Source: a virus (Duplodnaviria > Caudoviricetes). From it: a DNA stretch of 64,000 bases. The notes beneath the pieces are model-generated. The model did no database searches and had not been told where the DNA came from. It saw only the letters and a program-made list of their open reading frames with translations. A program made the position numbers and the translations under genes. Of this stretch, positions 27,159 through 36,376 are shown piece after piece. The stretch is taken from IMG/VR virus record IMGVR_UViG_3300037041_001930, one strand, 5' to 3'. Numbering within the stretch: position 1 is the stretch's first letter; each line of letters opens with the position of its first letter.

Positions 27159-29245
27159 ATCTGGGGCTCCTGTGCAGACGTTTGTAGCGGTGCTTCGGCT
27201 ACTGCCTCTGGGTTCTGGATCTCGGGGGTCTCCGGCTTCACCGCCTTCGACCTCCGAATCGCACGGTGGATCACCCTCGCCCTGGCACGATCAAGATTAC
27301 GGAATGGCTTATTGATGGCTAGACCCATGGACCCGTAGACCTGCTTGAGGACCTGGTCATGGGGGATCCACTCACCGGGGAAATCCGCGGGTGCCTCGCC
27401 TTCACCGAGATGAAAGGCGTAGTCGTAGCCGTGGTACCCAGGCTCCGGCGCCCCTTCATCAGGGATCACGCGGACGTTGGACGAGTAGGGGGCTGGGGCC
27501 CCCTTACCCTCAGTCGGGAAATGAAATCGACGGTTGCTGTCACGTCGAACCAATACTTTACCTTCGGGATCCAAATAGACGTACTCAGTTTTAGGAAGCA
27601 GCGCGGCAGCATCTGCCTGCTTCTTCAGTGGCATCTCGGTGTGCGTGGCCAGGACGTCCTCACCGACCCCGCCTGTGAAAAACTCTTTCTCATCGAAGTA
27701 GGTGACCCCAGCGGTCTCTGCGGCGTCATGATCGTCATCGGTGTTGCCAACCATGCAGATCACGGGATCCAAGGAGAACGCTTCCTCGGCGTATTCGAGC
27801 ATCGCCGGCGAGGGTTTCCTACCCGCATCGTCTTCATCGGTGCAGAACACGATGTCGTCGATCTCAGGCAGGAGCTCAAGGGTCTCGTCATTGAAGTCGA
27901 GGACATCAGCTAGGGTGCTCGTCCCCATGACACTGCGATTCGTGACCCCGATGATGCGGACCCCCGCTGCCTTAAACTTCTTCAGGAGTTCCTTGACCCC
28001 AGGCTGTATCTTCTGAGTAGCATCGATGCCGGCGTCGTCATCCCATTCGGCGACCACGGTGCCATCGAGATCAACGAGGAGCCCAGGCGCCGTCGATGGT
28101 GTCTTGTCCTGGAACTTCTGGGTGCGCATGGATCCCGAGATCTCAGCGGCATGCTTCTCGGCGAGAGTATTGGTGTGCTTGGCCATCGTGAAATCCCCGT
28201 TGGTCGGGGAGTCCCCGCTGCGGAGGACAAGGAGAACCCGGCCATCCGGGAATCTCCGGACTTCATCGAAGTAGTGGCCATGGGCGGCCTCGAGGTCCTG
28301 GAGGGCCTTCACGAAGACCTTGGGGTCCTTGGGCGCATAGATACGGCGAAGACTATTGCGGTACAGTGCCCAGCCGTGGTGCTGACGCGGAACACTGGCC
28401 AGCTTCTTGCCCTTGAGTTCGGGATCCTTCTTCGCCATGCCCCTGGCGGCCTCGACGAGTTCGAGGCGGACCTCGTTGGCCCTCTTGGCCCAGTCGTTCT
28501 TGGCTACGAGTTCTTTGAGACGGGAGATCAGCGTGGCGAAGGGGATCACATCGAAGTCCTCCCGATCCGGGTGTGTGGTCCCCAGCTTGCCGTCATGGAC
28601 TCCAGTGAAGAAGTAGGTTCGTTCACCGTCGAATGCGGAGTCGTCCCAGAAGTCGTTGACCCCCTGGGGCCAAATCGACTCCACGATCTCACGGGTCTCC
28701 GGGGAGATGATCTTGAGATCGGCTTCCTCAATGGCCTCCCGAATCGCGGCGAGCAATGGGGGTTCGCCATCGTCGATGCCACCCCCGGGGAACAGGATGT
28801 AGTCTCCCTTGTCGATGCCGACGACTCCATCCTTGTCGAACGCGACGATCTCGGATCTCGGCCTCAGGAGCTGGCTCGGGGAGCCCTCGTGTTTATCCGG
28901 TGTGGGTTCATTCTCGGCGGCACGCTTGCCCAGCCCTCTGGCGAAGCTGTGATCCCTGCGTTGTCTTGCCAAGGCGGCCTCATCGGGCGCGACATCCTTG
29001 GGCTTCGCCGGCATCATCTTTGTCGCATTGGTCCAGATCTTCGCTGCTGGAGACGGCAGGCTGTGGTCCTCGGATGTCCCCCTGCAGTCACCGCCACTGA
29101 AGAGTTCAAGAAAGGTTTTGCCCTCGACCATGTGGGCATTCGTGGCTTTAACAGGATTCCCACCCGTTGGCGTCGCCACAGGTGTGTTGGTTACGGGGCG
29201 ATCACTGCCCCGGCCTGGAGATGGAATCTTGGTCTCCGCACGCAT
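27155..29245 (-). CDS. Multidomain protein: Nudix hydrolase + PCD-like domain + HAD phosphatase + degenerate Nudix-like C-terminal domain
   Basis: Nudix box GGGIDDGEPPLLAAIREAIEEADL; HAD motifs LVDLDGTV, GVTN, RKPSPAM, MVGNTDDD; the middle domain GWALYRNSLRRIY..HGHY..GDFTMAK resembles pterin carbinolamine dehydratase. Confidence 0.85.
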   Translation of the reverse strand: MRAETKIPSPGRGSDRPVTNTPVATPTGGNPVKATNAHMVEGKTFLELFSGGDCRGTSEDHSLPSPAAKIWTNATKMMPAKPKDVAPDEAALARQRRDHSFARGLGKRAAENEPTPDKHEGSPSQLLRPRSEIVAFDKDGVVGIDKGDYILFPGGGIDDGEPPLLAAIREAIEEADLKIISPETREIVESIWPQGVNDFWDDSAFDGERTYFFTGVHDGKLGTTHPDREDFDVIPFATLISRLKELVAKNDWAKRANEVRLELVEAARGMAKKDPELKGKKLASVPRQHHGWALYRNSLRRIYAPKDPKVFVKALQDLEAAHGHYFDEVRRFPDGRVLLVLRSGDSPTNGDFTMAKHTNTLAEKHAAEISGSMRTQKFQDKTPSTAPGLLVDLDGTVVAEWDDDAGIDATQKIQPGVKELLKKFKAAGVRIIGVTNRSVMGTSTLADVLDFNDETLELLPEIDDIVFCTDEDDAGRKPSPAMLEYAEEAFSLDPVICMVGNTDDDHDAAETAGVTYFDEKEFFTGGVGEDVLATHTEMPLKKQADAAALLPKTEYVYLDPEGKVLVRRDSNRRFHFPTEGKGAPAPYSSNVRVIPDEGAPEPGYHGYDYAFHLGEGEAPADFPGEWIPHDQVLKQVYGSMGLAINKPFRNLDRARARVIHRAIRRSKAVKPETPEIQNPEAVAEAPLQTSAQEPQI

Positions 29246-29988
29246 CAGATACCCCCGAGATACCGGATCGCATAGGCGCCGAGACGCCGGAGTTCCACTG
29301 CTGTCTTGGGGAGATTGGGGCCCATGCCATAGCTGGCGCCCGTGGACTGTGTTGGCGGGCTCCCGGGCTGCCCACTCGCCGTGGAGGTCATGGGTTGGGC
29401 TTGGGCGACACCACCGGAACCGATACCAGGAGTGGACCCCTGGGCTCCACTGACCTGACCACCTCCAGCGGGGATGATGGTCTTTGAGCGATGCTGGGGG
29501 TCCACGGCGAGATCGCCGGGACCCTGGTTCTTCTGGATCCCCACGCCACCCGGTGCGGGCATCCTGCTCACATTGGGGGTCGAGGATGCCGTATTGGAGA
29601 CTGACATCGATGTGTTCGGCAGCCTGCCACCAGCCATCGCCTTCTTTTCCAACTTCTCGGATTCCGTATAATACTTTGGATTCTTGGCGAGGTGGTCGAT
29701 GGAGATTTCTTTACGTGCCTCGAGGTTGGGGGTGTGCTCACCCTCTTCCTTGATCCCCTTGATGAGTTCCTTGACACTGAGCTTGCCATGCCTTGGTGTC
29801 TGCCCCCCGAGGATGGCAGCTGCGACCTTGCCAACACCTAACCCCAGGAATGCCGCCTCTTTCTTCCAGTTCTCCGGTTTACGCCCCTGCTTGTTGGCAG
29901 TAGCGTAGAACACACGCTCAGCCTTTTCCTTACTGTAGGTGTCTCGCATGGAATTAAGAACTTTCTTGGCATCCCCGACGATAGGCAT
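29245..29988 (-). CDS. Modular protein: small basic N-domain + DUF5661-like domain + low-complexity tail
   Basis: ELIKGIKEEGEHT...EISIDHLAKNPKYYT resembles DUF5661; modules are separated by KEAA/KVAA, KKAMA and KTAV. Confidence 0.75.
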   Translation of the reverse strand: MPIVGDAKKVLNSMRDTYSKEKAERVFYATANKQGRKPENWKKEAAFLGLGVGKVAAAILGGQTPRHGKLSVKELIKGIKEEGEHTPNLEARKEISIDHLAKNPKYYTESEKLEKKAMAGGRLPNTSMSVSNTASSTPNVSRMPAPGGVGIQKNQGPGDLAVDPQHRSKTIIPAGGGQVSGAQGSTPGIGSGGVAQAQPMTSTASGQPGSPPTQSTGASYGMGPNLPKTAVELRRLGAYAIRYLGGI

Positions 29989-30004
29989 AGCTGCTTCCTT
30001 TCGC

Positions 30005-30406
30005 TTACATCAGGGCCTGTAGACTGGCGAGAACGGTTACCGGGATCTCGTTGGTGTCCAACTGTAGGTCGGATTCAACGATCTTCTCCGCGTTAATCTC
30101 GACTTCCTGATCTAAGATCTTTTCGAGTTCCGCGCTAAACTCGACCACGCGGTCAGCCGGGATATGGTTTCTCACCGCGAACTGTTGCTCGAGCCCAGCA
30201 CGCGCCTTGTCAAATACTTCGGCGGCGTTGCGGATCTCGTGAAACAGCTTGCTGAGACGAAAACGGAATGTGCCAGTGAAGTTGTAGGGCTTCACGTAGA
30301 CGCCGCCACGCTCCCCATCAGCTCCGGGAGTGGTAGGTACGGCGCGACCGTCTAGCGCTGCCATGTGCTGGCGAAGTTCGGCGATACGGCGGTTGGTCAA
30401 TTTCAT
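30005..30406 (-). CDS. Tail-fibre-associated protein (DUF1617-like), 133 aa
   Basis: Start moved to ATG 30406 (GAGGAGGAG RBS); MKLTNRRIAEL...FRLSKL...ELEKILDQEVEI; downstream of the fibre genes. Confidence 0.55.
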   Translation of the reverse strand: MKLTNRRIAELRQHMAALDGRAVPTTPGADGERGGVYVKPYNFTGTFRFRLSKLFHEIRNAAEVFDKARAGLEQQFAVRNHIPADRVVEFSAELEKILDQEVEINAEKIVESDLQLDTNEIPVTVLASLQALM

Positions 30407-30511
30407 AGTAACTCCTCCTCTCGCTACGGAGAGATTGGGGTGGGTGCACTGCGTGAAATACGCGGATGGGCACAAGTATGGCAGCAAGGCGTCACCTGCA
30501 ACCCGCCGCTA

Positions 30512-31270
30512 CTAGGGGGTCACTGGCACCTCACTCAGAGCCTCTAGCTCTGCAACTCTAGCGATTTCTCGTGTGTCACGTATGCCCTGCAGATGCCTCC
30601 CCAGGGAGTAAATCATGGTGTGAATACTGCCAAGCGTTGTGAGACCGATCTCAACGTCATCCACGCTCCGACGTAAGATTACAACCTCGTCTGGGTTAGT
30701 CGGATAATGAATAAGTTGTGGAAACTGGCGTGACACCGAACGCTCGACTAGCTCCCCATCAAGCAGAAACAACCCTACGCACTCCTCATACATTATCGCA
30801 TAGGGTGAAGCGCCCAGGGGGTTGTTGTTTTCATTGCGCCAGATGCGCCGCCTCGTGGTCCCCAACACCGTCAATGGCGCGTAGTTAGGTGCACTGTAAT
30901 TCCCGAGACCATCTCGAGCATAACGGGCAGCTTCGGCGGCATCCCGCAAGGACTGCATGTGCCGCCCCAGGGAGTAGATCATGGTGTGGACCACGCCTAA
31001 AGTTGTCAGCTGTATCAACTCATCGGTGATGACGTGGCGGAGCTCAACTACCTCTTCAGGACGTACAGGGCAGTGAATCAGGGCGACACTGTGAGTTCGT
31101 ACAGGAACCTCGCGCTGGGTGCCGTCAATAAGCCCCAGCCCGACATCCTCCTCGTGCATCGTCGCGAATGGAGCGTGGTCTACCGGGTTGTCATTCTCAT
31201 TCCTCCATATCCGACGCCGCGTACTGCCGAGCGAAGACAATGGGGAATAATTGGGTATAAAGTAGGGCAT
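30512..31270 (-). CDS. Tail-fibre-associated protein made of two tandem ~120-aa homologous domains
   Basis: Both halves: PNYxPLxxLGxTRRRIWRNENxNP...EExVGL...LTTLGxxHTMIYSLGRH. Confidence 0.8.
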   Translation of the reverse strand: MPYFIPNYSPLSSLGSTRRRIWRNENDNPVDHAPFATMHEEDVGLGLIDGTQREVPVRTHSVALIHCPVRPEEVVELRHVITDELIQLTTLGVVHTMIYSLGRHMQSLRDAAEAARYARDGLGNYSAPNYAPLTVLGTTRRRIWRNENNNPLGASPYAIMYEECVGLFLLDGELVERSVSRQFPQLIHYPTNPDEVVILRRSVDDVEIGLTTLGSIHTMIYSLGRHLQGIRDTREIARVAELEALSEVPVTP

Positions 31271-31405
31271 GGTATACTCCTCTCCCCTGGGTGGTTAGTG
31301 AACTTCGCGAAACCCTATGCTCCCCTGATAAGTCTGGTCTGAGCCGTTTACCGTAGAGACTGGCAGGGGGAGGATATCGCTCGTCTGATAGTCATTTCAA
31401 ATCCC

Positions 31406-34072
31406 TTAGAATATGGTCCAATCAGTACCAATCGCAGTGAGCGAGAATGCCTCACCTGGGGAGATGGTGAAATTAGCAGTTGACCCCTCAATTGTATCAG
31501 CCCCTGCACGCGACACTGTGATAGCCACAGTGCCGGAATTACGAATCCAGACATCCCGCCCATTCCCTGCCGCGGGGAGCTCGAAGACCTGCCCAGCAAT
31601 AGACCCCGTGAATCTGACGCGTGAAGCCGTGATCACCGAAGTGGTCGTGACCGACTGAGTGCTGTTCTTCAGAAAACCGCCAATGCCGACATCTCCATTT
31701 ACTGTCACGCTGCCACCAACACCAACTCCTCCGGCCACCTGTAACGCGCCAGTCGCCGGGCTAATTGAATCAGTGGTGTATTTGATTTGCAGGGCCCCGG
31801 TCCCCAGGTTACCGCCGGTAAACTGAGCGACTTCACTTGTGTTAATACCTATAATTATAGGCTTGTTCGTGTTGTATATCCCAAATAACAATCTATCTGG
31901 CGCAAAGCTACCCGACGACAAAATAATTGATGACGACGACCTGGTGGAATAGCCGAACAACGACGAGGGTAGTGGGCCTGGCTGTGGAGACGCCCCAACC
32001 GAAGTCAAAATCAGATCAAACTTTTCGACAGACGAACCACCGCGAACAAGTATAGTCCCCCAGTAGTCATTCCCACCACCATCAATTAAGATGTGCTTGC
32101 TCTTCGAGTAGCCTGTGAGGCTTATACTTGTGTACGTCCATATAGGTCCCTGTACGTTAAGCGCCTCGGATATCCCCACACCACCTGCGACTTTTAGCGC
32201 CCCAGTGGTAGACGATGTCGACGATGTGGTGTTTGCAATCGCGAGTCCACCACTCGCAAGCGTGGAGTTATATGTCAGTAGCGTACTGCCCGCCTGGACG
32301 TTAGCCCCTCCCCAGTAAGCTACCTGCCCGGTTACCCCATTACCAGATACGACAGATGTTGGTAGATCTGCCAGAACTAGAGATCGAAATGTAGGGATAC
32401 CGTTGCCACTGCTTGGAGCGGCGTAGACAGTGTTGGCGGCCTGGGGACCTGTCAGCGCGACATATGCGGCGCTCGACAAATGGTAAGCCTCCCCTGATAC
32501 CCCACCCTGTATACCAGCGGTGTCATTGTGATTGACGATCCCTGAAGAAGAAAAAGCGACTGCGAACGCAGAATCAATCTGTGTCGCCGTCTCCGATGAC
32601 TTCATGACAATAATGCGCCCAACAAGTATCCCCTGCTTGGAAATAACAGCAGGTAAACTCGCAGGTGGCTGCGAGGCCTGTGCCTGCGCTAGCGTGTACG
32701 ACGCGGTCCCGAGAACCACGAATAGTCCACTGTCTGAAACAGAGCGGTACACCCAAGAAACGCTGTAATGGTTATTCCCTATCGTCTGTAGTCCGGTACC
32801 GTTGTCGTACTCACTATTACTGTACTGTGTGCGCGATACCGCAGTCCACACCCCAGGTGAGGCATGATAGTACAGATGATACGACGTCGTCCCGGAGCTA
32901 ACTACACCAAGCGGAATCTCGCTCCCATCATACCACACCGTACCCGCAGAGACCTCGATCTGTCTTGACCCCGGGTCAGATAGCGATAACCCATCCTGCC
33001 ATCCAAAGCGCTCAGTGTGAATGAGTCGGTGGGCGATTTTATTCGATAGCCCATAACCATAGGCGCCAACGCAGAAGACATGACCCTCATTGATAAGCCC
33101 GGTGTTCTCCCAGAATAGGTTGCATACAGCGATGCGATTAGCATGGTTGATCAGAGTGTTGTCGGTAATGACCTCGTAAACTGGTGTGCCCGCGTTATAG
33201 AAGACAGTGAGGTAGTAATACGTGTTCGCTGAGAGCTGATAATTAGTCAGCTCAGGTATCACGAAGGACGTTGTATCCCCACTGAAGTCAGCGTTTGGAT
33301 TCAAATTAGCACTGATGCTCGACACATTGAGTAGGCCCGTGACGCCGATTGTAACTACAGGGACCGAGGTTCCCCCGCTACTGAGAAGGGAGCTTCGACC
33401 AATAATCTTGGTAATCGGCAATAGCGGGATGTCCGTGAAAACCAGAGAACGGAAGGCGGGGGCTGCTGGGTCTGCCACGGGATCCGCGGGGCCAGCGAAC
33501 ACGAGGCCTGGAATCTGAGGTGCCCACGCAGCAGTGAGCTCGCCCACCCCAGTAACAGGAGATCCTGTTACGGAAAACTCAGGGGGGAGTGCGAGACCAA
33601 CAGAGGTCACCGTCCCCACCCCAATCATACCGGACCATCCGCTACCGTTAAAGTGGAGATACGCCCCCGTGGCCTTGTTAAATGATATAGTCCCGAGGAC
33701 TGCAGGTACGAAGAACCATGCGCCATCCCGCCAGCTCGCATAGGCGTGGGCATGCCCGTCCCAGGCCCCGGTCGGGAGTGGTCCCACGATCCAGCGCTGC
33801 CCCGGCAAAGGGGCTACCGGCGGGGTGTTCGTGATGGTCTGAACAGGGTCACCCCAGAACCCATCAGCGATTCTGCGGTCAACGGTTCGCCGTGTGGTCA
33901 AATGGGCATCTGCGGTGGCGTCTACGCCGGCCACAGCGGCCACGAATGGATGGAGACCATCCGTGGTGACGACATCGGGCTCCAGGGTATCCGTGTCGAT
34001 AGGATTCGTAGGGGAAACCCTGCGAAGCTGGCGACCATCGAAGAACACTGGCTTCTGAGGAGTGCTTGGCAT
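31406..34072 (-). CDS. Tail fibre protein with N-terminal DUF2793-like domain, 888 aa
   Basis: PPVAPLPGQRWIVGPLPTGAWDGH...WRDGAWFFVP (DUF2793-like); GTVTSV and PxFRSLVxxDxP repeats; TGALxVAGGVG fibre repeats. Confidence 0.8.
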   Translation of the reverse strand: MPSTPQKPVFFDGRQLRRVSPTNPIDTDTLEPDVVTTDGLHPFVAAVAGVDATADAHLTTRRTVDRRIADGFWGDPVQTITNTPPVAPLPGQRWIVGPLPTGAWDGHAHAYASWRDGAWFFVPAVLGTISFNKATGAYLHFNGSGWSGMIGVGTVTSVGLALPPEFSVTGSPVTGVGELTAAWAPQIPGLVFAGPADPVADPAAPAFRSLVFTDIPLLPITKIIGRSSLLSSGGTSVPVVTIGVTGLLNVSSISANLNPNADFSGDTTSFVIPELTNYQLSANTYYYLTVFYNAGTPVYEVITDNTLINHANRIAVCNLFWENTGLINEGHVFCVGAYGYGLSNKIAHRLIHTERFGWQDGLSLSDPGSRQIEVSAGTVWYDGSEIPLGVVSSGTTSYHLYYHASPGVWTAVSRTQYSNSEYDNGTGLQTIGNNHYSVSWVYRSVSDSGLFVVLGTASYTLAQAQASQPPASLPAVISKQGILVGRIIVMKSSETATQIDSAFAVAFSSSGIVNHNDTAGIQGGVSGEAYHLSSAAYVALTGPQAANTVYAAPSSGNGIPTFRSLVLADLPTSVVSGNGVTGQVAYWGGANVQAGSTLLTYNSTLASGGLAIANTTSSTSSTTGALKVAGGVGISEALNVQGPIWTYTSISLTGYSKSKHILIDGGGNDYWGTILVRGGSSVEKFDLILTSVGASPQPGPLPSSLFGYSTRSSSSIILSSGSFAPDRLLFGIYNTNKPIIIGINTSEVAQFTGGNLGTGALQIKYTTDSISPATGALQVAGGVGVGGSVTVNGDVGIGGFLKNSTQSVTTTSVITASRVRFTGSIAGQVFELPAAGNGRDVWIRNSGTVAITVSRAGADTIEGSTANFTISPGEAFSLTAIGTDWTIF

Positions 34073-34539
34073 TATTCATCCTCGCCATCACGGCTCAAAA
34101 ACTTGTTGAGAAGATATGCGGAACCCAGGCCGAGGCCGGCGCCAGCAGCGGTGCCCCCTGCGGCGATACCAGTGGTCGCCATGGGACCCCCGTCGCCGTA
34201 ACGCGCATGCCGTCTGGCGACCTCACCACCGAGGCCAGCGCCGAGTTCGGTACCCGCGCCACCCAGGGCGCCAGTGATGGCCCCCTTCATGGTATCCCGG
34301 AGTTTGTCGCCCTTCTTCGCCGTGAGGTACTTGTAGGCGCCGAGACCGAGTCCACCGAGGAGAGCCCCCTTCCAGGGGACACTCATGCCCAGGGATTCCG
34401 CGAGACCAACCCCAGGTGTGGGATTCGGAGTCGGGAGATCGTAAACTGGAACAGGGGCACGCTCGGGCTGCGCGAGCAATGGAGTCGCCTCAGCGGCGAC
34501 TTTAACAAGACTGGAAGCCAAGAAGACGTCGAGTGTCAT
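34072..34539 (-). CDS. Gly-zipper membrane protein with KVAA leader, 155 aa
   Basis: MTLDVFLASSLVKVAAE; GALLGGLGLGAY-KK-GAITGALGGAGTELGAGLGG. Confidence 0.8.
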   Translation of the reverse strand: MTLDVFLASSLVKVAAEATPLLAQPERAPVPVYDLPTPNPTPGVGLAESLGMSVPWKGALLGGLGLGAYKYLTAKKGDKLRDTMKGAITGALGGAGTELGAGLGGEVARRHARYGDGGPMATTGIAAGGTAAGAGLGLGSAYLLNKFLSRDGEDE

Positions 34540-35273
34540 AGAATTACCGCCATGCTGAAATCAACGAGGGCTTTGGTAGTCGTCAGCGCCCTGCACAGGG
34601 GGACCGCGGCTTCAGCGGCAACACCGACGGCGTCGGGGTTGAGTACCCATTTGCCCGAGACATTGGAGAGATAGTAAACCCGGTTCGGAATCAGAGCTGA
34701 GGACCCCGTGAGATAGTTGATCTCACCTGAGGTGAGTTCGATGACGTGCCCGGGGAGTATGATGCCGAAGTCATCAACCGGTGGGTTCGGAGACGCGGGT
34801 ACCGTGGCGCTCAGGAGCCCCAGGGGTTCATAGATCCCGGCGGCAACTGAACCCGCGCCGGCGCTGGCGAGACCAACCTTCCCCGGACTCGATGTCCGCA
34901 CGGCGGCACCCTTGCGAAGGGATACCATGTTAGGGATTCCTGCGAACTGGGAGCCCGCTGAACTCCCGCTACCCCCGGTGTAGTTATAGGTGACCCCGCC
35001 ACTGCGATACCGTAAGGAGACCGCACCGCCGTCATCAAGGATCCAGAAGTCGCCTTCTTGAGGCGACACTGGATCACTCAGAAACCTGGGGATGATTATT
35101 CTGCCATCCCCACGGACACCGTGTTTAACGACGCCTTGGTTTTCCCATTGATCCAGGACAGCACCAGCGGCAACCTCGGCCTCCGTGTTCGCGGAGGCCA
35201 CGGGGCCCACACCGGGGCGCAGAATCCTGCGCTCTCCATTAGCGGGGTTATTGACTGAGCGGATGATCCCCAT
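34536..35273 (-). CDS. Putative virion structural (decoration/fibre-like) protein, 245 aa
   Basis: C-terminal beta-domain LRKGAAV..GKVGLASA..LGL..NRVYYLSNVSGKW resembles a segment of 59734..61788. Confidence 0.55.
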   Translation of the reverse strand: MGIIRSVNNPANGERRILRPGVGPVASANTEAEVAAGAVLDQWENQGVVKHGVRGDGRIIIPRFLSDPVSPQEGDFWILDDGGAVSLRYRSGGVTYNYTGGSGSSAGSQFAGIPNMVSLRKGAAVRTSSPGKVGLASAGAGSVAAGIYEPLGLLSATVPASPNPPVDDFGIILPGHVIELTSGEINYLTGSSALIPNRVYYLSNVSGKWVLNPDAVGVAAEAAVPLCRALTTTKALVDFSMAVIL

Positions 35274-35344
35274 GTGCGCAGCCTAAGGCTTCAAGCCGAC
35301 GAGGAAAGCCTATGCCCTCGCCCTGAACAGTCTCGGCGTCGAGA

Positions 35345-35602
35345 CTATTCAGGTTCCTCAACTGAAACCGCGGACAAGGGATCAGGCGACAGGGCTTCCA
35401 TGGTCCACCCGGTGAGCCCAGACATCTTGCGGAGCAAGTCGATCGTGGGGGTTCTCCGGTTCGCCTCGATGAGACTGAGGTAGGAGTCACTGACCCCCAG
35501 AGCTGCTGCCATCTTGTCCTGGGCGAGCCCGCATTCATGGCGGGCCTGCTTCCAGGCCTCACCGAGATTTCGGGGCTGGGGAGGCTTGGGCTTGTTAGTC
35601 AT
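35345..35602 (-). CDS. XRE/Cro-family helix-turn-helix transcriptional regulator
   Basis: LGEAWKQARHECGLAQDKMAAALGVSDSYLSLIEANRRTPTIDLLRKMS, a canonical HTH_3 pattern. Confidence 0.92.
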   Translation of the reverse strand: MTNKPKPPQPRNLGEAWKQARHECGLAQDKMAAALGVSDSYLSLIEANRRTPTIDLLRKMSGLTGWTMEALSPDPLSAVSVEEPE

Positions 35603-36345
35603 GATATCTTTCCTGCGGCGAAGTCCCGGAGGACCTGTTTCGCCATGGGGATGAAGTCCTGTACTGGGGTTCCCTCGGCGATGTCCATGATGGCCGCGGC
35701 GAGTTGCACCACACTTGTCGAGCCTCTAAGAGGACCCATGTCCTGCTTGGGTATCGAGGCTGGATCCCCGTATGCCACACCCACCGTGGTTTCCACAGGG
35801 GGCTCACTCAGGGGTCCATTGGTGTTGACCTGGTTGGGTGCCAGGGCTGCGCTGGCCCTGCAGGGGTCGGTAACACTGGGGCCAGGGGAGGTCATGCCGT
35901 GGACAACCCCGGGGCCACCATCGACGACATGGGCCTGATCTGGTGGGTTCATGAAGCCATGCTTGTTGGTCCCCGCGGCTTCCGCGGTCGCCAGGGTCTC
36001 CGCAACCGTTGGAGCCGCCATAGGCGGTTTCGCCACGTTCTGGTGTGTAGGGCTCGACTGGACCACGGACTCCCCGACAGCGGCACGTACCGCGGCCTGG
36101 ATCTCAGAGATCCGATTAGGATTGGCTTCAAGGGTGGTCGCAGGCATGAAGTCGGGACCATAGGCATTGGTGAGCATGTAATCCCTGCGCTCACCGATGA
36201 TGCCAGGGATCCACCGTCTGGCCTGCCCGAACATCGGGATGCCCTTGGTGCACTTCATGACCACCAGCATCCCGAAGGGATCAATGGCGGCGTGTGTGCA
36301 CCCCGGAAAGAATCGTTCGAGCTGTTCCCAGTTATAGGACGACAT
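35599..36345 (-). CDS. Hypothetical protein, 248 aa
   Basis: ATGA-coupled to the XRE gene; preceded by a dyad site. Confidence 0.75.
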   Translation of the reverse strand: MSSYNWEQLERFFPGCTHAAIDPFGMLVVMKCTKGIPMFGQARRWIPGIIGERRDYMLTNAYGPDFMPATTLEANPNRISEIQAAVRAAVGESVVQSSPTHQNVAKPPMAAPTVAETLATAEAAGTNKHGFMNPPDQAHVVDGGPGVVHGMTSPGPSVTDPCRASAALAPNQVNTNGPLSEPPVETTVGVAYGDPASIPKQDMGPLRGSTSVVQLAAAIMDIAEGTPVQDFIPMAKQVLRDFAAGKIS

Positions 36346-36376
36346 CGCAGCACCTCATGCCGCACAGCCTATGAGG

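Noticed and set aside
31315-36373. CATAGG(C/G)T as a late promoter upstream of 31270, 35273 and 36345
   Set aside because: Short, variably positioned and only three copies; cannot be told from chance without TSS data.
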